In this document: positions 1 through 11,823 of the stretch, in pieces
How the letters are laid out: the number at the start of each line of letters is the position of its first letter
Numbering within the stretch: the first letter of the stretch is position 1
Assembly: GCA_947456805.1 (NCBI GenBank)
Contig: CANGTN010000005.1
Span: forward strand, 1,594 to 65,593
Reading direction: 5' to 3'
Source: Chitinophagaceae bacterium
GTDB lineage: Bacteria; Bacteroidota; Bacteroidia; Chitinophagales; Chitinophagaceae
DNA length: 64,000 bases
Made by a program: the position numbers and the translations under genes
Notes under the pieces: generated by a model
Databases searched by the model: none
What the model saw: the letters and a program-made list of their open reading frames with translations, nothing else
What the model was told of the DNA's origin: nothing

Positions 1-1730
<1,730 letters not shown>

Positions 1731-1837
1731 TTAATTGCTTAATTACAATTCATAACAATGATTATTAGGAATAGTAATCAACCGACTCTTATTTCATATT
1801 TTAACTGCATTCCATTTTCATTAGTACAGAGTTGCCT

Positions 1838-1845
1838 TACATTTG
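1838..1845 (+). promoter_or_regulatory. Candidate Bacteroidota sigma-A -7 box (TACATTTG = TAnnTTTG) for the Nudix-type regulator gene
   Basis: Exact TAnnTTTG match 47 nt upstream of the ATG at 1893. It is part of the 14-mer TTGCCTTACATTTG that recurs at 42579-42592 upstream of ftsX. Confidence 0.45.
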
Positions 1846-1892
1846 TATGATCTGTTTAACTAAAATGACTCATGGATAAAAATTAATTACAC

Positions 1893-2648
1893 ATGCAAAA
1901 GAAAAAAAGAACAGCAAATATTGGGAATAGACGAGAGGATGGTGGACTTATAAAAGATGTAGTAAAATTAGTAGCAGGGTATCCCAAAATAGCCATTACA
2001 GTAGATTGTGTGATATTTGGATTTGATGAAAATGAATTAAAAGTATTGTTGATTAGAAGTGATTTGGAAAGATTCAAGGATAAGTGGAGTTTGTTGGGTG
2101 ATTTTGCTGTAAATAACAATGAAGATTTAGATGAAGCTGCTTACAGAATATTAAAAGAACGTACGGGCATGGATGATGTATACTTGGAGCAAGTAAAAAC
2201 ATTCGGTAACCCTGCTCGTCACCCCGGCGGAAGGGTTCTAACGATCGCTTATTGCTCGTTATTAAATATTCAACACCATCAATTAAAAATTCATGCCAAT
2301 GAATTGCACTGGCATAGCCTTTCAACCATCAAAGAAATGGCATTTGATCATAAACTAATTTTAGATGCTTGTTATCAATGGTTACAAAAAAGAATACAGG
2401 AACATCCTTTGGGCTTTAATTTATTGCCGGATAAATTTTCTCTAAGAGAATTGCAAAACTTATATGAAGCAATATTAGGTGTTGAATTAGATAGAAGAAA
2501 TTTCCGCAAAAAATTTGCTTCAATGGATTTGTTGATAGATACAGGAGAAATGGAACAGGATGTACCGCACCGCCCCGGAAAATTGTATCAATTTGATTTC
2601 AAAAAGTACCAAAAGCAGAAACGGAAATGGATTGGCATTGATTTTTAG
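1893..2648 (+). CDS. NrtR-like Nudix-family transcriptional regulator (Nudix fold + C-terminal winged helix)
   Basis: 251 aa. Degenerate Nudix box GDFAVNNNEDLDEAAYRILKERTGM, with the canonical catalytic glutamates of GX5EX7REUXEEXGU missing. C-terminal LLPDKFSLRELQNLYEAILGVELDRRNFRKKF resembles the NrtR-family DNA-binding domain as I recall it. Confidence 0.7.
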   Translation: MQKKKRTANIGNRREDGGLIKDVVKLVAGYPKIAITVDCVIFGFDENELKVLLIRSDLERFKDKWSLLGDFAVNNNEDLDEAAYRILKERTGMDDVYLEQVKTFGNPARHPGGRVLTIAYCSLLNIQHHQLKIHANELHWHSLSTIKEMAFDHKLILDACYQWLQKRIQEHPLGFNLLPDKFSLRELQNLYEAILGVELDRRNFRKKFASMDLLIDTGEMEQDVPHRPGKLYQFDFKKYQKQKRKWIGIDF

Positions 2649-2717
2649 CCTTTTTTTATTTCAATTCCCTTTTAAATTTTTCTTTTAACACATTGGATAA
2701 GTTTTTTTTGGTTATAT

Positions 2718-2734
2718 TGTGTAACTAATACACA
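2718..2734. promoter_or_regulatory. Candidate operator 1: palindrome TGTGTaactaatACACA
   Basis: 5-bp perfect arms (6 bp counting TGTGTA/TACACA) read directly. Preceded by TATAT, forming the 11-nt direct repeat TATATTGTGTA with operator 2. Confidence 0.5.
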
Positions 2735-2747
2735 TTTGTAAATATAT

Positions 2748-2764
2748 TGTGTATATTTGACACA
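2748..2764. promoter_or_regulatory. Candidate operator 2: palindrome TGTGTatatttgACACA, overlapping the -7 box
   Basis: Same arms and same N7 spacing as operator 1, exactly 30 bp downstream. Its spacer contains TATATTTG. Confidence 0.5.
2752..2759 (+). promoter_or_regulatory. Candidate -7 promoter box (TATATTTG) of the GH13/Sus locus
   Basis: Exact TAnnTTTG match 25 nt upstream of ATG 2785 and 37 nt upstream of ATG 2797. Confidence 0.5.
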
Positions 2765-2784
2765 TCTTTAAACGATTTTTTGCG

Positions 2785-5673
2785 ATGTTGCCAATAATGA
2801 AACTAAAGTACGGTTGCTTATTAGTTTGCTTGCTTACTGTTTTTTACGGTAATGCACAGCTATTAATTTGGTCGCCAGATTTTATTCAAGAAGCAGCTCC
2901 TACAGTTGAAATAACCTGCGATGCAAACTTTGGTAATAAAGGGTTGATCAATTATACACCTACCTCAGATGTGTATGTACATATTGGTGTAATTACCAAT
3001 AAAAGTATCTCTTCTGCAGATTGGAAATATTCAAAGTTTACCTGGGGAACAACGAATTCTGCAGCAGCTTGTTCTTTTTTAGGCAATAATAAATGGAAGT
3101 ATACTATCTCTGGTGGATTGAGATCTTATTTTGGAATTACAGATGCCAATGAGAAAATTGTAAAGATTGCAATTTTATTTAGAAGTGGTTCTGGGGCGAG
3201 GGTTCAGCGAAATGCAGATGGGAGTGATATGTATGTTCCAGTATATGACAATACATTGCAAATAAGGATAGATACACCAATGCGTCAGCCATCATTTATT
3301 CCAATTGCTGAGCCGATAACTAAAAATATTGGAGATAATATTTCAATCAATGCAAAGTCTTCGACAAGTGGCGCATTGAAGTTGTTTTTTAATGGAACTC
3401 AGATAGCAACTGCTACAGCTAATCAAATTTCTGCAAACCCAATTATAACATCAAGTGGTATCCAACAAATTATAGCAGAGGCATCAAGCGGAGGATTGTT
3501 TAAAAGAGATACCCTGACTTTTTTTGTATCACAAAGTGTTGTAGTTGCAGACCCACCGCTAGGAATAAAGGAAGGTATTAATTATGAATCGGGCGATACT
3601 TCTGTAACCTTATTGCTTACAGCACCCAATAAAACGAGTGTTTCTGTAGTTGGTGATTTTAATAATTGGACACAAACAACAACCCATCAAATGCGGAGAT
3701 CTGTTGATGGAAAAAAATTCTGGTTACGAATAACAGGTCTTACATCGGGTGTTGAATATGCTTATCAATTTATTATTGATGGAATTTTAAAAGTTGCTGA
3801 TTATAACGCTGAAAAAATATTAGATCCCAATAACGATCCTTACATTCCTGTTGTAAATTATCCCAACCTTAAACCTTACCCAACAGGCAAAACAACCGGT
3901 ATTATAAGTATTTTTCAAACTGCAAAACCTGTATATAATTTTACAGCAACTAATTATGTACGACCAAACAAAAAGAATTTAACTGTTTATGAATTATTGG
4001 TTAGAGATTTTGTTGCTGCCCAAAACTGGAATACCATCAGAGATTCACTTGCTTATTTAAAAAGATTGGGAATTAATACCATTTGCATAATGCCTTTTAA
4101 CGAGTTTGAGGGCAATGAAAGTTGGGGCTATAATCCTAGTTTTTACTTTGCTCCTGATAAAATGTATGGTACTGAAGATGCATTGAAAGCATTTATTGAT
4201 AGTTGCCATAAAATGAATATTGCAGTGGTAATGGATATTGCATTGAATCATTCATTTGGTCAAAGCCCGATGGTTCAAATGTATTGGGATGCCACAAATA
4301 ACATCCCTGCTGCAAATAGTCCTTGGTTCAATCAAAATGCCACACACCCTTACAATGTAGGTTATGATTTTAATCATGAAAGTCAAGAAACAAAAAATTT
4401 TGTTGACAGAGTAGTTGAGCATTGGCTTACCAAATATAAAATTGATGGTTTCCGTTGGGATCTATCTAAAGGTTTTACACAAACGAATAATCCTAACAAT
4501 GTCGGGGCATGGGGCAATTATGACGCAAGTAGAGTTGCAATCTGGAAAAGAATTTATGACAAAATGCAGGCTATCAGCCCTAACTCCTATTGCATTTTAG
4601 AGCACTTTGCAGCAAATGCCGAAGAGATAGAATTATCCAATTATGGTATGTTGTTGTGGGGAAACTCCAATTATAATTTTAGTCAAGCAACAATGGGGTT
4701 TTCTACCGACTGGAACTTTCAATCTGGTATTCATACAGCACGTTCATGGGCTAATCCATTTTTACAAACTTATCAGGAAAGTCACGACGAGGAAAGATTG
4801 ATGTATAGAAATTTACAATTTGGAAATAGCAATGCAACTTATTCTGTAAGAGATTTAAATACGGCTTTGAAGCGTAATGAAATGGCAGCTGCTTTTTGGT
4901 CTGTAATGCCTGGTCCTAAAATGCTTTGGCAATTTGGTGAGCTTGGTTATGATTATTCAATCAATCATTGTACCAATGGAACTGTTAATAGTAATTGCAG
5001 ATTAACCCCTAAACCAATTCGCTGGGATTACTACCAAAATCCTAACAGAAGGGCTTTGTATGATGTGTACTCCAAAATGCTTCGTTTAAAAATTACCCCT
5101 ACATTTTTTAATACTTTTACTACAAATAATGTTACTTGGAACCTAGGAGGTAGTATAAAATCTATTACACTCAATGATGCAGCATTACGTGTTGTGGTAG
5201 TTGGCAATTTTGATGTTACAACTCAAACAGGCTCTGTTACTTTTCCTACTGCTGGCACTTGGTATAGTTATTTAACTGGTACTACAAAATCTGCCTCCGG
5301 CTTTGCTGAATCAATTACTTTACAGCCAGGTGAATATTATGTTTATACAGATAAAGAAGTAGCTAACTCAGTTGTTACGCCAATCAGAAATATAAATAAC
5401 GCTCTGAGCAATATGAAGGTGAAGGTTTATCCTAATCCTGTAAAAACAACATCTAATGTTGAATATTATTTAGAACAAAGCGGACAAGTTTCTTTTGCTT
5501 TAATGGATATCAGCGGTAAAAAAGTAGCCAATTTGTTTTCCGGATTTAAACCAAAAGGCAATCAAATTTTTGAATTGAATCGTAATAAATTTGGAAAAGT
5601 GAGCAATGGAGTTTATCTGTTAGAAATAGGATTTAACGGAATGAAAAAAGTTGAAAAAATTATAATAGAATAA
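2785..5673 (+). CDS. GH13 alpha-amylase-family glycoside hydrolase with CBM48/E-set-like module and T9SS type A C-terminal sorting domain
   Basis: 962 aa. GH13 regions: DIALNHS (I), GFRWDLSKG (II), ILEHF (III), YQESHDEE (IV). SVVGDFNNWT module upstream of the catalytic domain. Signal peptide present. The start could instead be the ATG at 2797 (MKLKYGC...). Confidence 0.9.
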   Translation: MLPIMKLKYGCLLVCLLTVFYGNAQLLIWSPDFIQEAAPTVEITCDANFGNKGLINYTPTSDVYVHIGVITNKSISSADWKYSKFTWGTTNSAAACSFLGNNKWKYTISGGLRSYFGITDANEKIVKIAILFRSGSGARVQRNADGSDMYVPVYDNTLQIRIDTPMRQPSFIPIAEPITKNIGDNISINAKSSTSGALKLFFNGTQIATATANQISANPIITSSGIQQIIAEASSGGLFKRDTLTFFVSQSVVVADPPLGIKEGINYESGDTSVTLLLTAPNKTSVSVVGDFNNWTQTTTHQMRRSVDGKKFWLRITGLTSGVEYAYQFIIDGILKVADYNAEKILDPNNDPYIPVVNYPNLKPYPTGKTTGIISIFQTAKPVYNFTATNYVRPNKKNLTVYELLVRDFVAAQNWNTIRDSLAYLKRLGINTICIMPFNEFEGNESWGYNPSFYFAPDKMYGTEDALKAFIDSCHKMNIAVVMDIALNHSFGQSPMVQMYWDATNNIPAANSPWFNQNATHPYNVGYDFNHESQETKNFVDRVVEHWLTKYKIDGFRWDLSKGFTQTNNPNNVGAWGNYDASRVAIWKRIYDKMQAISPNSYCILEHFAANAEEIELSNYGMLLWGNSNYNFSQATMGFSTDWNFQSGIHTARSWANPFLQTYQESHDEERLMYRNLQFGNSNATYSVRDLNTALKRNEMAAAFWSVMPGPKMLWQFGELGYDYSINHCTNGTVNSNCRLTPKPIRWDYYQNPNRRALYDVYSKMLRLKITPTFFNTFTTNNVTWNLGGSIKSITLNDAALRVVVVGNFDVTTQTGSVTFPTAGTWYSYLTGTTKSASGFAESITLQPGEYYVYTDKEVANSVVTPIRNINNALSNMKVKVYPNPVKTTSNVEYYLEQSGQVSFALMDISGKKVANLFSGFKPKGNQIFELNRNKFGKVSNGVYLLEIGFNGMKKVEKIIIE
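5416..5670 (+). other. T9SS type A (Por) C-terminal sorting domain of the GH13 enzyme
   Basis: Last 85 aa: KVKVYPNPVKTTSNVEYYLEQSGQVSFALMDISGKKV...GVYLLEIGFNGMKKVEKIIIE. This is the typical YPNPV...G.Y.. pattern. Confidence 0.8.
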
Positions 5674-5816
5674 TAAAACTAGTAAGCAACAAAAACTAAC
5701 AATCACTTGTCTATTGATTTGATTTTTGTAATGCTTGTTGGGTTGAAATAAAATAAGTGAATTAAAACTAAACATACATTAGAATTTTTTACTCGTAAAC
5801 AAGAAAACCTACAATT

Positions 5817-8800
5817 ATGAATTCAAAACGATTGCTATCTGCGATTGTGGTATTGCTGGTGGCCTATGCTACACCTGTTTTAGCACAAGACAAACAAGTT
5901 ACCGGAAAGGTAACAGATGCAAAAGACGGAAGCACCTTGCCTGGTGCAACTGTTAAAGCAAAAGGCACCAAAATTGTTACCCAAACTGGTAATGACGGTG
6001 TATTTAAAATAAAAGTTCCTACATCTACAACAACATTGGTTGTATCGTACAGTGGCTTTACTGAAAGAGAAATTGCCATAAATGGCGATGTAGTAAATGT
6101 AAAACTAGAAGCATCTACCGGCAACCTAAATGAGGTTGTTGTAGTAGGTTATGGTACTCAAAGAAAACGAGACGTTTCTGCGTCTATAACAAAAATTAGT
6201 GAAAAAGACTTAAACCCAGGTCCTGTAACGAGCCCATTGCAACAAATTGCAGGTAAAGCTGCAGGTGTTCAAATTACACAAGTAGGTAATGAGCCAGGAG
6301 TTGCACCAAATATTAGAATACGTGGTATTACAAGTTTAAGTGGGGGCAACGACCCTTTAGTAGTTGTAGACGGTATACAAGGAGGAACAGATTTATTAAA
6401 TCAACTTTCACCTAACGAAATTGAAAGTATTGAAGTATTAAAAGATGCATCTGCAACTGCTATCTATGGAAGTAGAGGTGCTGCAGGTGTGCTACTTGTT
6501 ACAACTAAGAGATCAAAAGCAGGTCAAACTTTTGTAGAATATACTGGTAGTGTTGCTTTAGAAAGTATTCCCAAATTTTATGAAAACTTAAATGCGACAG
6601 AATGGAGAGCAGCAGCAACTGCAAGAGGTTTAAACATGGGCAATATCGATTTTGGTGGTAATACAGACTGGGTGAAAGAAGTTACGAGAAATGGTACTAC
6701 TCAAAACCATAATATTGCGTTTGGTGGTGGTACTGGAAATTTAAACTATCGAGCATCACTAACAGCAATCATGCAACAAGGGGTGATTACAAAATCTGCA
6801 TTTGATAACTACATTGGTAGATTACAATTTGTACAAAAAGCCTTAGACGACAAGTTAACGATTACAGGTAACGTAAACTTTTCGGTATTAAATAATCGCT
6901 GGAATAATTCAGGTAATGTATTAGCTCCTGCGTTAAGAGCAAGACCAACCGATCCAATTTATAAAACAACCGATAATCCTACGGACAGACGTGGGCCATA
7001 TTTTATAGATAATACAGTATTTGGTTATCTTAATCCATATGCTAGAGCTAATGAAATTATTGATGGTAGAAGTCAAACAACCGTATTCGCTAGCTTACGT
7101 ACAGATTTGGCAATAACTAAAAACTTAACAGCAAGTTGGTTTGGTAGCTGGAATAGAAGAAGTGATATTGGTGGTTATTATGAAGCACCAAGAACAACTA
7201 TATCTAATGCTATTACAGAGAATGGGTTTGGAAATAGAAGTACCAATTTTAGAGATGAAAAACTTACTAATATAATATTAAATTATAAGAAAACTGTAGG
7301 CGATCATTTCTTTAATGCAGATTTTGTGTACGAATGGCAAAAAGCAATTTTTGAAGGAACAAGTGCAAGCGGAAGGGGTTTCTTAAATGATATTACTTCA
7401 TTTAATAATTTATCTGCTTCTGATATTACAAAAGCACGATCTGGTGATGCTTCATCTTATAAGAATGATAGAACTTTAGCCTCGTTTTTAGTAAGAGCCA
7501 ATTACTCTTATTTAGGTAAGTATGCAATTACTGCATCAATAAGAAGAGATGGTGCATCGGTATTTGGTATAAATAATAAGTGGGCAAATTTTCCTGCAAT
7601 CAGTGCCTCATGGAGAATTAATAAAGAGAAGTTCATGAGTGACGTCAGCTTTATTGATGAATTAAATTTAAGATTAGGTTATGGTGTTACAGGTAATCAA
7701 GGTGGCTTAGGCCCGTTAAATTCTGTAGAACTTGCTACACAAAGTGGTTCAGCATTCTTCTTAGGAAATTTAATACCTGTTTTTGCTATTAACCAAAATG
7801 CAAACCCAGACTTAAGATGGGAAACAAAACGTCAAACAAATATTGGAGTTGATTTTTCTTTCTTTAAAAGAAGACTTAGCGGTACTGTAGATTATTTTGT
7901 AGGAGATACAAAAGATTTATTATTTTCTTACAATGTGCCACAACCACCTTTCCCAGCACCTACAATTTTTGCAAATATTGGAACTATTAGAAATACAGGT
8001 CTTGAAATAACCCTAAACTATCAGTTAGTAAAAAGAAGAGATTTAACCATAAATATTGGAGGAAACTTCACTGCACTCAGAAATGTTGTAAAAGAATTAA
8101 GTGGAACTTACAGAGGAATAACTTTAAATACCGATACAGTTCGTTGGGGTGCAGGTGGTACAACAGGTGTTGCATCTTCTGATAATGGTATTTCTTATTT
8201 AATTAAAGGTTCTAGCATCGGTTCATTCTTACTTTATCGTCATGTAGGTGTAGATGCTTATGGAAATCAGATTCTTGATGATATCAATAAAAATGGATTA
8301 ACTCCTTTAACGCCAACTTCAGGAGATATAGGTGATAGAAGTGCGGATAGAGTTGCATCAGGTCAAATGTTACCTAAATTTACAATTGGTTTTACACCTA
8401 GTATGAGCTATAAAAACTTAGATGTTAGCATGGTTATTCGTGGTGCATATGGTCATAAAATCTATAATGCATTTAGAGCAACAATGAGTTCATTAAGTCA
8501 AATAGGTCAACAAAACGTATTAAAATCAGCTGTTACAGATAACTTTAGTAATGTAACTGTGGCAAGTGATTATTGGTTAGAAGATGGTTCTTGGACACGT
8601 TTAGAAAACTTTACTATTGGCTATAGAGTAAACACTAAAATAAAATACATCAGTAGTTTACGTTTTTCTATCACTGCTCAAAACTTATTTGTAATAACAA
8701 AATACTCTGGTCCTGATCCTGAATTAAGACTTGATGGTGGTGCGGGTTCTGGTATAGATTTTGGAACCTTCCCAAGAACCAGAAATATAGCTTTTGGCGT

Positions 8801-8819
8801 AAACGTTAATTTAAAATAA
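5817..8819 (+). CDS. SusC/RagA-family TonB-dependent outer-membrane transporter
   Basis: 1000 aa. Signal peptide, then a carboxypeptidase-regulatory-like domain (VTGKVTDAKDGSTLPGATVKAKG) and a plug region (VVVVGYGTQRKRDVSASITKI). No STN extension. A SusD-like gene follows 20 nt downstream. Confidence 0.95.
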   Translation: MNSKRLLSAIVVLLVAYATPVLAQDKQVTGKVTDAKDGSTLPGATVKAKGTKIVTQTGNDGVFKIKVPTSTTTLVVSYSGFTEREIAINGDVVNVKLEASTGNLNEVVVVGYGTQRKRDVSASITKISEKDLNPGPVTSPLQQIAGKAAGVQITQVGNEPGVAPNIRIRGITSLSGGNDPLVVVDGIQGGTDLLNQLSPNEIESIEVLKDASATAIYGSRGAAGVLLVTTKRSKAGQTFVEYTGSVALESIPKFYENLNATEWRAAATARGLNMGNIDFGGNTDWVKEVTRNGTTQNHNIAFGGGTGNLNYRASLTAIMQQGVITKSAFDNYIGRLQFVQKALDDKLTITGNVNFSVLNNRWNNSGNVLAPALRARPTDPIYKTTDNPTDRRGPYFIDNTVFGYLNPYARANEIIDGRSQTTVFASLRTDLAITKNLTASWFGSWNRRSDIGGYYEAPRTTISNAITENGFGNRSTNFRDEKLTNIILNYKKTVGDHFFNADFVYEWQKAIFEGTSASGRGFLNDITSFNNLSASDITKARSGDASSYKNDRTLASFLVRANYSYLGKYAITASIRRDGASVFGINNKWANFPAISASWRINKEKFMSDVSFIDELNLRLGYGVTGNQGGLGPLNSVELATQSGSAFFLGNLIPVFAINQNANPDLRWETKRQTNIGVDFSFFKRRLSGTVDYFVGDTKDLLFSYNVPQPPFPAPTIFANIGTIRNTGLEITLNYQLVKRRDLTINIGGNFTALRNVVKELSGTYRGITLNTDTVRWGAGGTTGVASSDNGISYLIKGSSIGSFLLYRHVGVDAYGNQILDDINKNGLTPLTPTSGDIGDRSADRVASGQMLPKFTIGFTPSMSYKNLDVSMVIRGAYGHKIYNAFRATMSSLSQIGQQNVLKSAVTDNFSNVTVASDYWLEDGSWTRLENFTIGYRVNTKIKYISSLRFSITAQNLFVITKYSGPDPELRLDGGAGSGIDFGTFPRTRNIAFGVNVNLK

Positions 8820-8839
8820 AAAATAAAAATAGTTATTAT

Positions 8840-10309
8840 ATGAAACGAATAATATTTTCAGTAATCGCCTTAACAGCCATATTAACTGGTTGTACTAAGC
8901 TTGATGAAGGCGTTTATGATCAACAAGTAGCATCACAGTTCTACTCAACTCCTGTTGGAATAAATTCTGCTCTTGCCGATTTATATGGCGAGATGAGAGG
9001 TGATTGGGGAGGAAAAGGTATAGCAGGAGCGGATCGTGGTTGGTATGATTTGAATGAAACTTGTACCGATGAAATGATGTTGCCAACAAGAGACAATGGT
9101 GCATGGGATGATAACGGTATTTGGAGACAAATGTATTTGCATCAATGGACTCCAAGCCAAGAGTTTATAGGTAATACTTGGAATTGGTTATATAGAGCCG
9201 TATCAAAATCAAACTTAGCAATAAGATTACTTACTGATGCAAAAGCTGATCCAGCTCGTATTGCAGAGGCGAAAATTTTAAGAGCTTATTTTTACTACAT
9301 GCTAATGGATGGTTGGGGTAATATACCTTTCTATACCACCAACGATTTAACACCTGATAAAATTCCACAAGTAAATCGTCAAACAGTTTTCAACTTCATT
9401 GAGCAAGAATTGAAAGACAATGTAAAACTTTTACCAATTACTAAAGATGGTGAGTTTTATGGTCGTTTTAATCGTTGGGCAGGTTTTGCATTAGCGGCGA
9501 AAATTTATTTAAATGCACAGGTATATACAGGAACACCAAAATGGGCTGAATGTATTGCTGCATGTGACAGTGTAATTAATAATGGCGGCTATTCATTATT
9601 GTCTAATTATAATGCTGCTTTTGGCGATAAGTGTAACGCAAATGAAACCTTGATAGCAATATTTATTAATGCTAATACAGCACCAAGAAATATTATTGGT
9701 ATAAGAACATTAGCTGGACAGCATGGTCAAGCTTTGTTTGGAATCGATACATGGAATGGTGCTACAGCTCACCAAGATTTTATCAATAAGTATAGCAATT
9801 CCGATACTCGTAAAGCACATTGGTTAACCGGTCCACAGCCAGGAGGAATTTCATATAATCTAAATATCAGTTCTTTAACTTCTGCTGGGCTGTATGATGG
9901 TGCAAGAAATGCAAAGTTTTTACCAGTATTGCCTTTAGCTGGAAATGGTTCTGCATCGAATGATTTCCCAATATTGAGATATTCAGATGTGCTATTAACA
10001 AAAGCAGAAGCACTTTTAAGAAGTGGAGGTAGTGCAGCAACAGCAAAAACACTAAATGATATGGTAAGAATGAGAGCTGGTTTAACAGCTAGCCCCAGCA
10101 ATCCAACACTTACAGATCTTTATGACGAAAGAGGAAGAGAGTTGAGTTGGGAAGGACATAGAAGACAAGATATGATTCGTTTTGGAACTTTCTTGCAAGC
10201 GCATGATTTTAAGCCAATTTCTCCAAATGGTAATACCAGAACAATTTTCCCAATTCCTACCGGTGCATTGGCAACTAATCCTCTACTTGTTCAAAACCCA
10301 GGTTACTAA
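8840..10309 (+). CDS. SusD/RagB-family nutrient-binding outer-membrane lipoprotein
   Basis: 489 aa. Lipobox LTGC. SusD-like segments AKILRAYFYYMLMDGWGNIPF and RGRELSWEGHRRQDMIRFG. Position immediately after SusC. Confidence 0.9.
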   Translation: MKRIIFSVIALTAILTGCTKLDEGVYDQQVASQFYSTPVGINSALADLYGEMRGDWGGKGIAGADRGWYDLNETCTDEMMLPTRDNGAWDDNGIWRQMYLHQWTPSQEFIGNTWNWLYRAVSKSNLAIRLLTDAKADPARIAEAKILRAYFYYMLMDGWGNIPFYTTNDLTPDKIPQVNRQTVFNFIEQELKDNVKLLPITKDGEFYGRFNRWAGFALAAKIYLNAQVYTGTPKWAECIAACDSVINNGGYSLLSNYNAAFGDKCNANETLIAIFINANTAPRNIIGIRTLAGQHGQALFGIDTWNGATAHQDFINKYSNSDTRKAHWLTGPQPGGISYNLNISSLTSAGLYDGARNAKFLPVLPLAGNGSASNDFPILRYSDVLLTKAEALLRSGGSAATAKTLNDMVRMRAGLTASPSNPTLTDLYDERGRELSWEGHRRQDMIRFGTFLQAHDFKPISPNGNTRTIFPIPTGALATNPLLVQNPGY

Positions 10310-10327
10310 TTAATAAAAACAATTTAT

Positions 10328-11788
10328 ATGAAAAATAATTTGCTTTCTAAAATACTCTTGATGCTAACAATAAGTTTAGCTGTTTTGAGTTGCAAAAAAA
10401 ATGATGAATTGAACTTTTTAACTGAAAAAAATTTGGTTGACTATGATTTAGTTCAATTATCAAATTCCTCTCCAAACATACCATTAACTTTTGAGTACGG
10501 AGATGGTGGTGTTCCTGATAGTGTTGGTGCTTATGTTTATAGACATAATACTACAACATTAGTATCTAAAAACATCATTAAACAACTAACAAAAAATAGT
10601 ATCTCAGGTGCAACTATTACTATTCCTTTTCCGCTTCCTTCCATTGCACCAAGTGGCTTACACTCTATTGAATTAATTTTATATGGTAAAAATGGAGCAC
10701 AAACTAAAAAGTCGTTTGTTATTCATATTATCAACGCACAAACACCACAACCACCTTCTTGTCAATATTCAGAATTACCACTTCCCGCAGGAAGAAATGC
10801 ATGGATAAGAATTACAGCACCAGAAAATACAGGTAACGACGATGTGTTTATTACTGGAAATTTTGAAGGTGCGATGGGAGGAGGTGATTGGAGTGGCGGT
10901 GGTAATACTACTTTTAGAATGACTCGTATTCCTAATTCACGTTGTTATTATATTGCAGTAAACTTTCAGTCTGGTGCAGAATTTAAATTTACACGAGGAG
11001 ATTGGTCTAAACGTGTACAAGATGGAAATGGAGCAGATATTTCAAACTTTGTATGGAATGGACAAACTACGCAATCTTGTTTAGTAGAAAACTGGAGCGA
11101 TAGAGTAGTTATTGCACCTCGTCCAGATGTGATACCACAAAGTGCTATACAAACAGGTAAATTAACTGTAGTGGTAGATGTTGATCCTTCATTAGCAGGT
11201 GGCAGCTGGTTTATCATGAAAAGAGGCGGCAATTTTAATACAGACAAAATTTCAATGACTGTATTTAATGGTAACTCTAATAAATATGCTGCTTCTATTC
11301 CTAGACAATTAAATGAAAAATATTTAATTTACAAATCAGACACCAATAACAATGTAATTAACGCTTATGGTATAGATCAAGCTGCAATTTGGGATGGGGT
11401 AAATAACCCTGTCACTATTTATGCAAACAGATTAAAACCAGCTGGCCCAATTAGAGCTATCTCAACAACACTAGCATTGGTAGGTGGGGCAACTCCTCAA
11501 GGATGGAATAATTCAGCCAATAATCCACAAATTTTTACTATTGTTCCTAACTCACAAAACTATCGTTTTACTTACAATGTAGCTTTAACTAATGGTAACG
11601 GTGGTTTTTTATTAATTCCAACACCTGGTAGTTGGAGCCAAAAGTGGGGAGCTAGAGGTTCTTTTAGAACGGGCAATGTTGTTTGGGATGGATCAGACTT
11701 TGCTGGTGCACCAACAGCAGCAGATGCGGGTAATTATAAAATTGATGTAGATTTTGAAAGAGGCACCTACTTATTAACTAAACAATAG
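10328..11788 (+). CDS. SusE/SusF-like surface glycan-binding lipoprotein (starch-binding CBM-like modules)
   Basis: 486 aa. Lipobox LSCKKN. CBM-like ITGNFEGAMGGGDW...AEFKFTRGDWSKRV. C-terminal LVGGATPQGWNN...GNYKIDVDFERGTYLLTK resembles SusE/F-type domains. Third position of the Sus-like operon. Confidence 0.55.
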   Translation: MKNNLLSKILLMLTISLAVLSCKKNDELNFLTEKNLVDYDLVQLSNSSPNIPLTFEYGDGGVPDSVGAYVYRHNTTTLVSKNIIKQLTKNSISGATITIPFPLPSIAPSGLHSIELILYGKNGAQTKKSFVIHIINAQTPQPPSCQYSELPLPAGRNAWIRITAPENTGNDDVFITGNFEGAMGGGDWSGGGNTTFRMTRIPNSRCYYIAVNFQSGAEFKFTRGDWSKRVQDGNGADISNFVWNGQTTQSCLVENWSDRVVIAPRPDVIPQSAIQTGKLTVVVDVDPSLAGGSWFIMKRGGNFNTDKISMTVFNGNSNKYAASIPRQLNEKYLIYKSDTNNNVINAYGIDQAAIWDGVNNPVTIYANRLKPAGPIRAISTTLALVGGATPQGWNNSANNPQIFTIVPNSQNYRFTYNVALTNGNGGFLLIPTPGSWSQKWGARGSFRTGNVVWDGSDFAGAPTAADAGNYKIDVDFERGTYLLTKQ

Positions 11789-11823
11789 GTTTCTCGTTAA
11801 ATAATTGAATAGTTCTATTTTAA

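Noticed and set aside
1832-1845. The exact 14-mer TTGCCTTACATTTG shared between 1832-1845 and 42579-42592 as a possible mobile or REP-like repeat.
   Set aside because: A few exact 14-mer coincidences are expected in 64 kb of AT-rich DNA. The shared part is essentially the promoter -7 consensus plus a few flanking bases, and there is no extended similarity beyond it.
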